Part shown: piece after piece, positions 32,370 to 42,561 of the stretch
Layout of the letters: every line of letters starts with the position of its first letter
Numbering within the stretch: position 1 is the first letter of the stretch
Assembly (NCBI GenBank): GCA_022794615.1
Contig: JAAWFD010000021.1
Span: 12,808-76,807, forward strand
Origin: Clostridia bacterium
GTDB taxonomy: Bacteria; Bacillota; Clostridia; TANB77; CAG-508
Reading direction: 5' to 3'
DNA length: 64,000 nt
Program-made: the position numbers and the translations under genes
Notes under the pieces: model-generated
Told to the model about the DNA's origin: nothing
Database searches by the model: none
What the model saw: only the letters and a program-made list of their open reading frames with translations

Positions 32370-33746
32370 TTATCTCTCAATTTCTTTATATCTTTCGTTT
32401 ATCAATCTATATAGTTCTATTAAAATATCTCCTTTTATTTCTTTTTCACATTTCACAACTGGGATACTAAAGTGAAAAAAACTATCTACTTCTCCAGGAT
32501 AACTTATTATTTTTCCATTTGGATAATGATATAATACTCTTTCAAATTTCCTTATCATTCCTTCTGTTTTTATTTCGCTTATTAAATCTTGTTTATTATA
32601 ATTGCGTTCTAAATAATAAGTTTTTTCTCGATACATCAATGGTGAACGCTTCTTTCTGTCCTTTGTCCAATTTTTATTAAAATCTTCTAAAAGTTTCTTA
32701 CTTATTTTTTCATGATACTCATAATCTAAAACATACATACAAGGAATTTCAATCTCTGTAATTCCTTCTTTGTTTAAAATATCGATAAATAAACTTAATG
32801 CTAATATACTTTTTGATTCTACTTTATCTTTGTATTCTTCAGGAACTTCAGAATTTACTTTATATTTTTTTCTGTTTAATTTTTTATTTATATCCTGTCT
32901 TTCGTATAATTCTTTGTCTGCTAAAGATTGACTCTTATTTTGTACAGATCCAATATAGCAAACCTTTTTTCCATCTTTTTCATATATTCCATATCTTATC
33001 AGAGGAAGAGTACAATGAGGTCTATCAAATAGTTCCATATTATTATAATATTTTTTATCATAAATTGTTATCTCAAATTCTCTAGAATTTTCATCCCATG
33101 TTTTTGCTATACCATTTTTTATGCAAATTATATTATCATCTAAAAAATCTAATTTTCCTAAATAAGTTTCTTTATCATATTTCTCCAAAGTTCTGTCTCT
33201 TATCATATCTACCTGTTTTGTTAAAAACTCTTCTGGACTATTAAAATCATCTGGCGTGGCTCTTAACCAAATTTGTTCAAAACAGTTGTCTTTTTCATAT
33301 ACAGGAAATCCTGTCATTTTCGTTCTTAAAAAATATAATTCTATATCTCTTTCATAGAATTGTCTTAACAATTCAAAAAACTTTTTATAATTACTTATTA
33401 TCATTACTGGCTGTGTAATATTGTCATTAAATCTTTGCTTTATTGCTTGTACTATTCTTTTATGTTCATCTTCCAATTCCTTAATAAATGACTCATCTCT
33501 AAATTGATTTCTATAATCTTGCAATGTTTTTTCTATAAAGGTTATTGCTTCGTCTTCTCTAAAATCAAATTTAAAGTTAGGCAATTCATCACTAAATAAT
33601 ATTTTATATAAAGTATTTGTTATAAATTCTCTTGTTACATTTTCAAAAGTTGGTTTTAAGCTATCTGATATTGTTCTATTCTTCATTGATTTCTCCTTGT
33701 ATATATTTTTAAATATTATATAACAATAATAATCTTTTGTGAACAA
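32370..33746 (-). CDS. hypothetical protein (458 aa), no recognisable domain
   Basis: Long ORF with typical codon usage; likely true start at MKNRTISD (internal Met); no motifs recognised. Confidence 0.35.
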   Translation of the reverse strand: MFTKDYYCYIIFKNIYKEKSMKNRTISDSLKPTFENVTREFITNTLYKILFSDELPNFKFDFREDEAITFIEKTLQDYRNQFRDESFIKELEDEHKRIVQAIKQRFNDNITQPVMIISNYKKFFELLRQFYERDIELYFLRTKMTGFPVYEKDNCFEQIWLRATPDDFNSPEEFLTKQVDMIRDRTLEKYDKETYLGKLDFLDDNIICIKNGIAKTWDENSREFEITIYDKKYYNNMELFDRPHCTLPLIRYGIYEKDGKKVCYIGSVQNKSQSLADKELYERQDINKKLNRKKYKVNSEVPEEYKDKVESKSILALSLFIDILNKEGITEIEIPCMYVLDYEYHEKISKKLLEDFNKNWTKDRKKRSPLMYREKTYYLERNYNKQDLISEIKTEGMIRKFERVLYHYPNGKIISYPGEVDSFFHFSIPVVKCEKEIKGDILIELYRLINERYKEIER

Positions 33747-34033
33747 TTTTAATACCTATTTCTTTATATAATCTCTGTATAAATAATGTGATATATTTTT
33801 TAAAATTTTTTATTCATACTAAAATAAGTATGAATTTACTTTTATTCTCTTAAATCCTTTAAAACCTAAATTCTAACGTCATTTAACACCTCAAAACATA
33901 GCTTATTAATATACATACAATATACAAAACTTACTCAAAATGCTTAAAAACAAACCTTTGCAATTAACAAAAAGATAAAATTTTATACAAAAAATATGGA
34001 GAAGATTTCCATCTTTTTAATATATATAGAATT

Positions 34034-35428
34034 TTACCTATATTTTATACCTTCTAACAATTTATTAACAATATTATTAAATCCCATTTTATTAGAAGCC
34101 TTTAAATAAACCAAATCACCAGGGGAAATAATATTAATAAGTTCATTAATTAAATCATCTTGATTTTCGAAATTAATAACTTTATCAGTCTTTATAAACT
34201 TTTTTGCAGACTCACAGATATATTTTGTATTTTTACCTTGTGTAATCAAAATATCAAAGTTCAGATTTCTAAAAGTTTCTCCAACTTGGGAATGTAAATC
34301 GATAGCAAAATCTCCTAAATCAAGCATTTCACCTAGTACAGCAATTTTCCTTTTACAATTTTGCATATTGTTTGCACTTTTTAATCCAGCTTGCATAGAA
34401 GCTAAACTAGCATTATATGTATCATCAATAATAGTAAATCCATTTTGTTGTATTATATTAAATCTTCTATTTACATTTTTATATTCTTTAATACCTTTAA
34501 TTATATTTTCTATACTAATATTCAAAAGATTAGCTATTTTTATTGCACAAACAGCATTAGAAACATTATGCTTACCAAAAGCATTCATAACAAAGTGGGT
34601 AGATTTACCATAAATATTTGTATCAAAAGTTAATACAGTATTTTCCTGATTGATATTTGTTGCCTCATCAATGCTATATCTAATAGTATTATATTGATGG
34701 TTATCTAATTTCAGATTTTCAAGTAGAGAATCATTATTATTTAAAAATACTATTTTATCATCTTTCATATATTTAGTAAGAAGAAGTTTTTCTGCTAAGA
34801 TATTTTCTTGACTTCCCAAATTACCTATGTGAGCTGTACCAATATTGTTGATAACTACAATAGATGGCTGTAATAATTTGGAGATAGGTTCCATTTTTCC
34901 TTTACTTGCAATACCAGCTTCTAAAACAGCAATATCATAACTATCTATATCTAAAAGAAGCAAAGATAACAATAACCTAGTATTATTATTTCTGTTGTCT
35001 GAGAATATCTTTCTTTCTTGTTTAAGTATACTAGCAATCATTTCACAAGTACTAGTTTTTCCGACACTTCCTGTTACTGCAATTATTGGAATATGAATAT
35101 TTTTTTGTCTATTATATTTTCCTATTTTATATAAAGTATCATTTACATTATCAACTTTTAAGATGATAAGATGAGGGTTAATTTTCAAGCTTTCTTTTAT
35201 TATGTGTTCATAATCTTTACAAGAAGAACTAATCATAAATCCAATTGCACCATTTTCTACAGCATTTAAAATATATTGATGTCTATCTGTGTGCAAAAAT
35301 ACTGGAAGATAAAAAGCTCCATTAAAGTGATTGGTGCAACTTATATTAAAATCTTTTAACTCTGTATTGTCTGTTCCATTTATAATTTCAGCATTTGCTA
35401 TTTTTTTTATTTCATTTACAGTTAACAT
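34034..35428 (-). CDS. murF: UDP-N-acetylmuramoyl-tripeptide--D-alanyl-D-alanine ligase
   Basis: Mur ligase P-loop AVTGSVGKTSTCEMIASIL; length 464 aa and domain order typical of MurF. Confidence 0.75.
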   Translation of the reverse strand: MLTVNEIKKIANAEIINGTDNTELKDFNISCTNHFNGAFYLPVFLHTDRHQYILNAVENGAIGFMISSSCKDYEHIIKESLKINPHLIILKVDNVNDTLYKIGKYNRQKNIHIPIIAVTGSVGKTSTCEMIASILKQERKIFSDNRNNNTRLLLSLLLLDIDSYDIAVLEAGIASKGKMEPISKLLQPSIVVINNIGTAHIGNLGSQENILAEKLLLTKYMKDDKIVFLNNNDSLLENLKLDNHQYNTIRYSIDEATNINQENTVLTFDTNIYGKSTHFVMNAFGKHNVSNAVCAIKIANLLNISIENIIKGIKEYKNVNRRFNIIQQNGFTIIDDTYNASLASMQAGLKSANNMQNCKRKIAVLGEMLDLGDFAIDLHSQVGETFRNLNFDILITQGKNTKYICESAKKFIKTDKVINFENQDDLINELINIISPGDLVYLKASNKMGFNNIVNKLLEGIKYR

Positions 35429-35767
35429 TTAAAGACTCCTTTTTTTATTTGATAGTATTATAATATGTATAAAGAAAAAAGGCAAGACTGAAATATGTAT
35501 TAAGAACAGTGTATACAGTTAAGAGTTTTTTATAAAAATTACAATTGTACTTTATATAAAATCGTGATAAAATAATTAGTAGACATATTTTATTTGTCAA
35601 TAATCTAATTCAAAATTGAAAGGAGATGATTGTTTAAGTTTCATTTAAGTAGTAATTTAAAAATAGCAAGGAGGGCCTATTGAAAATTAAAAGTGTTAAT
35701 ACATGATGGAGATGACTTTTATTATCACAACTGGAACACAAAATAAGAACTAATAGGGGGAATAGAT

Positions 35768-36034
35768 ATGACAACTTCTACAGATGCAGATGGAAAAGTA
35801 GATGAAAGACTTAATGCTGCTTTAAAAATCTTATCAGATAAGAGCACTCTTGAAATGTTTGATTGTGCAATGAATGCATATAGTATGGCAAGTGAACTAA
35901 TTCAAGAGTCTACTCAAGTGGACGGTATTGCGATAGGAAGTTTGTATGATGAATTTATGAAAACCTTTAAGGAATTCAAGAAGACGCAACGAATATTGCA
36001 TGATATATCAGAAGCTAAAAGAGATTTTACATGA
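35768..36034 (+). CDS. hypothetical small protein (88 aa)
   Basis: ORF behind SD GGGGGAATAG; followed by hairpin/T-run near 36117-36165. Confidence 0.3.
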   Translation: MTTSTDADGKVDERLNAALKILSDKSTLEMFDCAMNAYSMASELIQESTQVDGIAIGSLYDEFMKTFKEFKKTQRILHDISEAKRDFT

Positions 36035-36296
36035 TGGACAAAAAATTTTATACAAAACATTGCTAATTTTGATGACTAAAAGAAAAACTACTTTCAAAAA
36101 GTAAACTTGAATAATTAAAAGAAAACTCTCTTGAGAGGCATAATGCCTTGCTAGAGAGTTTTTCCTGTCATAAGTATGCTAAATAAATTTGCAGAAATTT
36201 GTAAATAGTGTTATAATACAAAATATAATTTACTATTTTGACAAGTACAAAAGCACTTGACTCTATAAATAATTTATTTTAGGAGGAAAAAATAGG

Positions 36297-36584
36297 ATGA
36301 AAAGATTTTTTAAGAAGGTTAGGACATTTACTAATGATTTACTATACAAAAGAGATACAACATCATGTATAATAATGTTATTAATAATTATTGTACCTGG
36401 TATTATAGCTAATAAAATGTTGGAAAATAATGATTTAATAATGCCAAGGAGAGAAACATTATTATTATTATTCATCGGACCTCTATTTTTTGCCTTGTTA
36501 AATTGTATTGCTAGACTTTACTTAGCAATTAAAAGCTCTAAGGAACAAGGTATTAGTATAAAAGAGGCCTGGGAGCAGTCATAA
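36297..36584 (+). CDS. hypothetical small membrane protein (95 aa, 2 TM)
   Basis: SD AGGAGGAAAAAATAGG; two hydrophobic helices. Confidence 0.3.
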   Translation: MKRFFKKVRTFTNDLLYKRDTTSCIIMLLIIIVPGIIANKMLENNDLIMPRRETLLLLFIGPLFFALLNCIARLYLAIKSSKEQGISIKEAWEQS

Positions 36585-36665
36585 TGTTTAAATGTATGAT
36601 ACTGACACAAAAAAATCTTATAAGCACCTAATATTCTTATTAAGAATATTAGGTGCTTATATATT

Positions 36666-38801
36666 TCAAACAAACAAATTAAATACTAAGTTAGTACACA
36701 TACAAAGAATAATACCACAAACAGTAGGAAGAAGGAAAGCTACAAAAGTCCATTTCCAACTACCAGATTCTTTTTTTATAGTAAGTAGGGTAGTAGTACA
36801 AGGAAAATGAAGAACAGTAAAAAGCATAACATTAATAGCAGTAAGTAAAGTCCAACCATTATTCATTAATATAGAGCTAATTGCAAAATTATCAGAAATG
36901 TTAGTTAATGAATTACCTCCTAAATAGCACATTAAAATAAGAGGTAAAACAATTTCATTTGCAGGGATACCAAAAATAAAAGCAGTTAATATATAGCCAT
37001 CTAATCCCATTAATTGAGCAAAAGGATTTAGAAAATTAGCAATCATATTGAGTAAAGAGACACCATTAAATCCAATATTAGCAAAAAGCCAAATAACAAG
37101 TCCTGCAGGAGCAGCAACGGCAAGAGCTCTACCTAATACAAAAATTGTTCTATCTAAAATTGACCTTACGATAATTTTACCAAATTGAGGTTTACGATAA
37201 GGTGGAAGTTCTAATACAAAAGAAGAGGGAATACCCTTTAAAATTGTGTGTGATAATATTTTAGAAATGATAAGCGACATCAAAATTCCTAAAATTATTA
37301 CAATAACAACAGATAAAGTGGCTAATAAAGAAGCACCAAACCCAGTAAATTGACTGGCTATAAAAATTGTAGCAATTGTTATTAAAAAAGGATATCTTCC
37401 ATTACAAGGAACAAAGCTATTAGTTAAAATTGCAATTAAACGTTCTCGTGGAGAATCTATTATTCTACATCCTGTTACACCACATGCATTACAACCAAAC
37501 CCCATGCACATGGTAATCATCTGTTTACCTGAGGTGCAAGCCTTTTTAAAATAATTATCCAAATTAAAAGCTATACGAGGAAGATAGCCCAAGTCCTCCA
37601 AAAAAGTAAATAAAGGAAAGAATATAGCCATAGGAGGGAGCATAACTGCTATAATCCAAGTTAAAGTCTGATAAATACCTAAAATAAGCATGTCAGAAAG
37701 CCAAGTAGGAGTACCAATGTTAGATGCAAAAGTAAGTAGTTTATCTTGAATAAAAGCAAAGAAATCCGATAAAAGTTGTGATGGATAATTGGCACCAACA
37801 ATAGTAATCCAGAAAATCAAAGCTAAAAAAAGTAGCATAATAGGTATTCCAAACTTTTTAGAAGTTAAGATTTTATCTAATTTTCTATCTAAAGAAGAAT
37901 TAGAACTACGTTTAAAAGTAACTACATCATTACAAATAGACTCAGCATAACAAACAATAGAAGAAACTACATCATCTTTAAAATTATTTATTTTTACATT
38001 ATAATTAAGAGTACTAGAACAATATTCTTTAATTTCACGAACATTTAGTACATCGAAATTAATATCATAATTATTTTCAATTGAATTTATAATAACTGGC
38101 TCATCATCTAATAGCTTAAGAGAAATCCATCTATATAAATATGTAGGAATATTAGGAAAAACTAAAAGTTTAGAAGAAGTATAAGAAATACAGTTTTCAA
38201 TTAAATCATTATAATTAACTTGAATAGGATTAGGTTTGATTTTTCCAATACATATTTTATAAGTTACATCTAACAGCTGGTTTAAAGTTTTCTTATCTCT
38301 TGCGATAGTTCCAACAACAGGAACACCTAATTTTTTAGAAAGTAATTTTAAATCAATGTGAATACCTTTTTTCTTAGCTTCATCAAGTAAATTTACACAG
38401 ACAACAATGTTTTTAGTGATTTCCATAGCTTGAAAGACTAAGTTTAATTGTCGCTCTAGGCAAGTTGCATCCACAACAATAATTGTAACATCAGGATTAC
38501 CAAAGCAAATAAAATCACGAGCAATTTGTTCCTCCTGAGAATTTGACATTATAGAATATGTACCTGGAATATCAACTAACAAGAATTTCTTATTTAAGTA
38601 AGAACAGAAACCTGTAGCATTACTAACAGTTTTTCCAGCCCAATTACCAGTATGTTGATGCATACCAGTTAAATTATTAAAAATAGTGGATTTACCAACA
38701 TTAGGGTTTCCACCTAAAGCTATACAATAGTCACAATTTTCATCAAAAGTACTATCAGAAGAAGTATATGACTTTCTAGAACTCGAAGAATTAATACTCA
38801 T
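36666..38801 (-). CDS. feoB: ferrous iron transport protein B
   Basis: N-terminal G-domain IALGGNPNVGKSTIFNNLTG, DIPGTYS, followed by large polytopic membrane domain; 711 aa. Confidence 0.9.
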   Translation of the reverse strand: MSINSSSSRKSYTSSDSTFDENCDYCIALGGNPNVGKSTIFNNLTGMHQHTGNWAGKTVSNATGFCSYLNKKFLLVDIPGTYSIMSNSQEEQIARDFICFGNPDVTIIVVDATCLERQLNLVFQAMEITKNIVVCVNLLDEAKKKGIHIDLKLLSKKLGVPVVGTIARDKKTLNQLLDVTYKICIGKIKPNPIQVNYNDLIENCISYTSSKLLVFPNIPTYLYRWISLKLLDDEPVIINSIENNYDINFDVLNVREIKEYCSSTLNYNVKINNFKDDVVSSIVCYAESICNDVVTFKRSSNSSLDRKLDKILTSKKFGIPIMLLFLALIFWITIVGANYPSQLLSDFFAFIQDKLLTFASNIGTPTWLSDMLILGIYQTLTWIIAVMLPPMAIFFPLFTFLEDLGYLPRIAFNLDNYFKKACTSGKQMITMCMGFGCNACGVTGCRIIDSPRERLIAILTNSFVPCNGRYPFLITIATIFIASQFTGFGASLLATLSVVIVIILGILMSLIISKILSHTILKGIPSSFVLELPPYRKPQFGKIIVRSILDRTIFVLGRALAVAAPAGLVIWLFANIGFNGVSLLNMIANFLNPFAQLMGLDGYILTAFIFGIPANEIVLPLILMCYLGGNSLTNISDNFAISSILMNNGWTLLTAINVMLFTVLHFPCTTTLLTIKKESGSWKWTFVAFLLPTVCGIILCMCTNLVFNLFV

Positions 38802-38904
38802 TATATATCACCCTGATTTATAGTATGTAAATAAAGTAAAAACGTGCTATAAATAGCACGTTTTTATGTGTAATAATATTAATAGCTTTGATTATTGCTT
38901 AAAA

Positions 38905-39027
38905 TTAGCAACATCCACCTCTATCACCACCACAGCAGCAACATATTAAAAGTATTAATATTATTATCCAACAGCAGTTATCACCAAAACCGAAACCGCA
39001 TCCGCATCCTCCTCTGTTCTCTGGCAT
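38905..39027 (-). CDS. Cys-rich small membrane peptide (40 aa) encoded immediately upstream of feoB; resembles the FeoB-associated Cys-rich membrane protein family
   Basis: MPENRGGCGCGFGFGDNCCWIIILILLICCCCGGDRGGCC; strong SD GGGGGG 8 nt upstream; GC-rich codons in AT-rich context; hairpin/T-run (38838-38868) separates it from feoB. Confidence 0.45.
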   Translation of the reverse strand: MPENRGGCGCGFGFGDNCCWIIILILLICCCCGGDRGGCC

Positions 39028-39300
39028 ATTGTTTCCCCCCTCTCGTTATGATATATAATATGTATAATCAAAAATTGTGTTACAAGAAACTAAAAAAGTT
39101 TTTTAAAAAATAATATACTTTACTAATGCCAGAGCTCATAACAGCTATCAAAATTAATTATACTTTTTTAAATTAAGTATTGAAAAATAAAATCAAATTA
39201 TATATAATGAAAAAGTAATAGTGTATAGACTACTGTTTATATGCACAAACTAAGCATTATGTAAAAATAATACAAAAAAGAATTAAGGGGGAACGTAAAG

Positions 39301-40437
39301 ATGAAAAAAATTGCTATATTAACAAATGGAGGAGATGCTCCAGGTTTAAATGCAGTAATAAGAGCAATAGTAAAAACAGCTGAAACAAATGGGATAGAAT
39401 GTTATGGATTTATAGAAGGATACAAAGGACTTCTAAAAAATGAATATGTAAGATTAGATACAAAAACAAATGCATCTGGATTATTGCATAGAGGTGGAAC
39501 AATAATAGGAACATCAAATAATACAAATGTTTTTAATTATAAGATTGAAAAAGAAAATGGAGATGTAGAATATAAAGATTTATCAGACCAATGTGTACAA
39601 AATATAAAAGATGATGGATTTGATTGTTTATTTACATTAGGAGGAGATGGAACACAAAAATCAAGTAGAGACTTTTCATTAAAAGGTTTAAAATGTATAG
39701 GAATTCCTAAAACAATAGATAATGATGTAGCACACACAGAGATGACTTTTGGTTATAATACAGCGGTATCAGTAGCAACAGAGGCGGTAGATAGACTTCA
39801 TACAACAGCAGAATCACATCATAGAGTAATGGTTTTAGAAGTAATGGGAAGATATGCAGGATGGATTGCTCTAGAGTCAGCAATAGCTGGTGGAGCAGAT
39901 ATTGTATTAATACCTGAGATTCCTTATGACATCAATAAAGTAGTAGAGAAAATAGAACAGAGAAGAAAAGAAGGAAAGTCATTCTCTATAGTAGTAGCTT
40001 CCGAAGGTGCAAAACCAAAAGATGGAGATATTGTTATTAAAAGAACATTAGATAGTGGAAGTGGATTAGATAATATTAGACTAGGTGGAATAGGGGACAA
40101 GTTAGTAAATGATATCGAAGCTTTAACAGGATATGAAGCTCGAAATACAGTACTTGGATATGTTCAAAGAGGTGGAACTCCTACTGCATTTGATAGAGTT
40201 CTTTCGACACAATACGGTGCTAAAGCTGTTGAACTTGCCATGAATGGTATATTTAATGTATTAGTAACATATAAGGGTGGAGAATTTGGTTATGTTACAC
40301 TTGAAGATGTTGTTGGAAATAATAAAAAGGTGGGTGCAGCATCAGGAAATACAGCTGAGAGCAATATTAGAAAAATAACTATGGACCATAGTTTAATAAA
40401 AACTGCTAAAAATATTGGAATTTGTTTAGGGGAATAG
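39301..40437 (+). CDS. pfkA: 6-phosphofructokinase
   Basis: ILTNGGDAPGLNAVIRAIV, GGDGT (TLGGDGTQ), PKTIDNDV, MGRYAGWIAL motifs. Confidence 0.85.
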   Translation: MKKIAILTNGGDAPGLNAVIRAIVKTAETNGIECYGFIEGYKGLLKNEYVRLDTKTNASGLLHRGGTIIGTSNNTNVFNYKIEKENGDVEYKDLSDQCVQNIKDDGFDCLFTLGGDGTQKSSRDFSLKGLKCIGIPKTIDNDVAHTEMTFGYNTAVSVATEAVDRLHTTAESHHRVMVLEVMGRYAGWIALESAIAGGADIVLIPEIPYDINKVVEKIEQRRKEGKSFSIVVASEGAKPKDGDIVIKRTLDSGSGLDNIRLGGIGDKLVNDIEALTGYEARNTVLGYVQRGGTPTAFDRVLSTQYGAKAVELAMNGIFNVLVTYKGGEFGYVTLEDVVGNNKKVGAASGNTAESNIRKITMDHSLIKTAKNIGICLGE

Positions 40438-40550
40438 ATTTTTACTAGTGGGCGGTAATAACCGCTCACTAGTAAAAAAGTTGAATTGCTTGATTCATGT
40501 AAACAGTTTTAGTATGTGGCATAGCCTTTTTATGCATTTTGTAATTATTT

Positions 40551-40626
40551 GCCACTATAGCTCAGTTGGTAGAGCAACGGATTCGTAACCCGTAGGTCAG
40601 CAGTTCGATTCTGCTTAGTGGCTCCA
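40551..40626 (+). tRNA. tRNA-Thr (anticodon CGU)
   Basis: Acceptor GCCACTA/TAGTGGC, D-arm GCTCAGTTGGTAGAGC, anticodon loop TTCGTAA, T-arm GGTCAGCAGTTCGATTCTGC, encoded CCA. Confidence 0.75.
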
Positions 40627-40654
40627 ACGACGTTTCTGTTCGAACTAATAGAAC
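40621..40654. repeat. 34-bp direct repeat copy 1 (last 6 nt of tRNA-Thr plus 28 nt downstream); exact second copy at 43449..43482
   Basis: gctccaacgacgtttctgttcgaactaatagaac identical at both positions; similarity continues ~20 bp further. Confidence 0.8.
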
Positions 40655-40738
40655 AGATAAGATATGAAAATCAATCAGTAAAATGGTTGATTTTTTTGTT
40701 TGTGAAGAAACCTTCCAACAGAAAGGAGGATTATTTTT

Positions 40739-40948
40739 ATGGTTAAGATAATTAAGCAAGAATTTGAAATAGAATTTTATGAATTATTTTCAAAAAATGT
40801 GAATGAAAATAAAGAAGAAATTGAATTAAAATTGAACAAAGAAAAACAAAAACTGATTCGATTAGTTGCTGTAAAAGATAACAAAACTTTTTCAAAATCT
40901 ACGAAAGAAATTTATAAAATAGGTGCAGTAATTAGTAATCAAAAATAG
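40739..40948 (+). CDS. hypothetical small protein (69 aa); N-terminus paralogous to ORF at 43525
   Basis: MVKIIKQEFEIEF.. vs MKIIKQKLEFEE.. at 43525; SD AAAGGAGGA. Confidence 0.35.
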   Translation: MVKIIKQEFEIEFYELFSKNVNENKEEIELKLNKEKQKLIRLVAVKDNKTFSKSTKEIYKIGAVISNQK

Positions 40949-41047
40949 AAAAATTAGAGGAAAAATTCAAGTTAAAGGTGATTTTTGTACTCCTATATAT
41001 TTCATAACAAGCACTGAATTTTTCCTCCCTAGTCAAAATTCGAAATT

Positions 41048-41073
41048 TTGGGACTAAGTCCCAACCCTTTTAT
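41048..41073 (+). terminator. intrinsic terminator (ttgggactaagtcccaa + CCCTTTTAT)
   Basis: Perfect 7-bp stem hairpin plus T-run. Confidence 0.45.
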
Positions 41074-41219
41074 AAAATAATAAAAGAAACAAGAAAAATA
41101 ATAGTGCAAAAGTTGATATATATTTTCTATTTTGGAAAATTATATAGGAAATTTTTATTCTTTCGAATAATTACTTTTATGATAAACTTTTTATAATTAT
41201 TAAATATTAGGAGCAACAA

Positions 41220-42376
41220 ATGAAAGAATATTTTTATAAAAAAGAATATAAATATATGTATTTAGGTACTGTATCATATAGCTTTGCAAATGCTTTAATT
41301 GGAACATTTGGAACGGTTATGCTATATAAAAATGGAATACCAATATGGCTTATACTTTTAGTCTATGGGCTAAGATTTGGAATAACAGGATTTATTACAC
41401 CACTATTCGTAACAATATCTTCAAAATTTGGAATAGCAAAGTGTATTTTGATATCTAACATTTTAGTATTATTTGTGCTTATATGATGTTAGATGGAACA
41501 AATTTATATAGAAATATAGTTATATTTATATTAGCAATGGGATGTATGGGACTTTCTAATCCATCAACTGATACATTGTCTAGTAAATATGTAGATAAAG
41601 AGCATAGAGGAAGATATAATAGTTTTATAAATATAAGTAAAATATTAGGAACAGTATTAGCAAGTTGTTTAGTTGCATGGGGCGTAATAACAGATAATAA
41701 CTTTATATTATTTTCAATAATTTTTGTATTCTTTTTGTTACAATATATATTTATTAGAAAAATAGATTACAAGGTAGAAAATAAAACAAATGCATTTAAG
41801 TCAACAATGAAATATCTTTTTAAGAATAAGAGCCGATATAAGATTATTTATGCTTTAACAACAAATCAAATAATAGAAAGACAATTTGCTCCACTATATT
41901 TGTATATAGTTTTAAAGGACTTTTCTGTATTTTCTTCTATAATTGTAGTATCACTGTTATTACAAATAATTACTATAACATTGATTGGGAAATATTCAGA
42001 TAAAAATTTATCAAAATCCAATACTTTAGTTACAATTATTAAGACTATGAATACAGGAATATACTTATTTGCAAGAAATAAAGTCATAATATCATTAAAT
42101 AATATGTTAAGTGATAATTTTACAAAAGTATATGAAACATCTATTCAAACATCAATACAGAATATTATAAAAGAATCAAAGGAAGATAATGACCTTTTGT
42201 CATCAGTAGGACAAATGAGTTTATGTTTTACAGAAGTAATCATATTTATAATACTTGCAATATTAAGTAATTTTATAGGAGAGAAAATATTTTATATAAT
42301 ATTTATGCTATCGATAATTTCAACAGTTGGAATTAACTTAAACATCAAAAAAGAGCAATTAAAAAATGAAAATTAA
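41220..42376 (+). pseudogene. MFS-type transporter split into two ORFs (41220..41486 and 41483..42376) by a frameshift/ATGA overlap
   Basis: 88-aa fragment with 2-3 TM plus 297-aa fragment with ~9 TM together make a ~385-aa 12-TM transporter; frames differ. Confidence 0.4.
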
Positions 42377-42561
42377 TGTATATTAAGCAATGTATAAATT
42401 TTAATAAATAATCATATAATGTTAGTGTCAATTTAGTTTGACAAGTTAAATATTATATGTTAAAATATATTTAACTTAACCCTCTACTACTTTTGTAGTA
42501 AGACGGGAGCCTAAATGATTTTGGAGAGTTCTAGCAACTCTCCTTTTTAAGTTATATATTA

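Noticed and set aside
38895-39113. 72-aa plus-strand ORF (MLKISNIHLYHHHSS..) upstream of feoB
   Set aside because: No SD and His/Ser/Leu low-complexity; the minus-strand 40-aa Cys-rich peptide in the same DNA has a strong SD, fits the feoB context and explains the GC-rich patch better.
40621-40654. Interpretation of the tRNA-Thr downstream repeat purely as an integrase att site
   Set aside because: Not fully rejected. The same downstream module also follows tRNA-Glu, so part of the similarity is a shared tRNA terminator cassette; the exact 34-bp duplication including the tRNA 3' end is still best explained by insertion, but no integrase is present.
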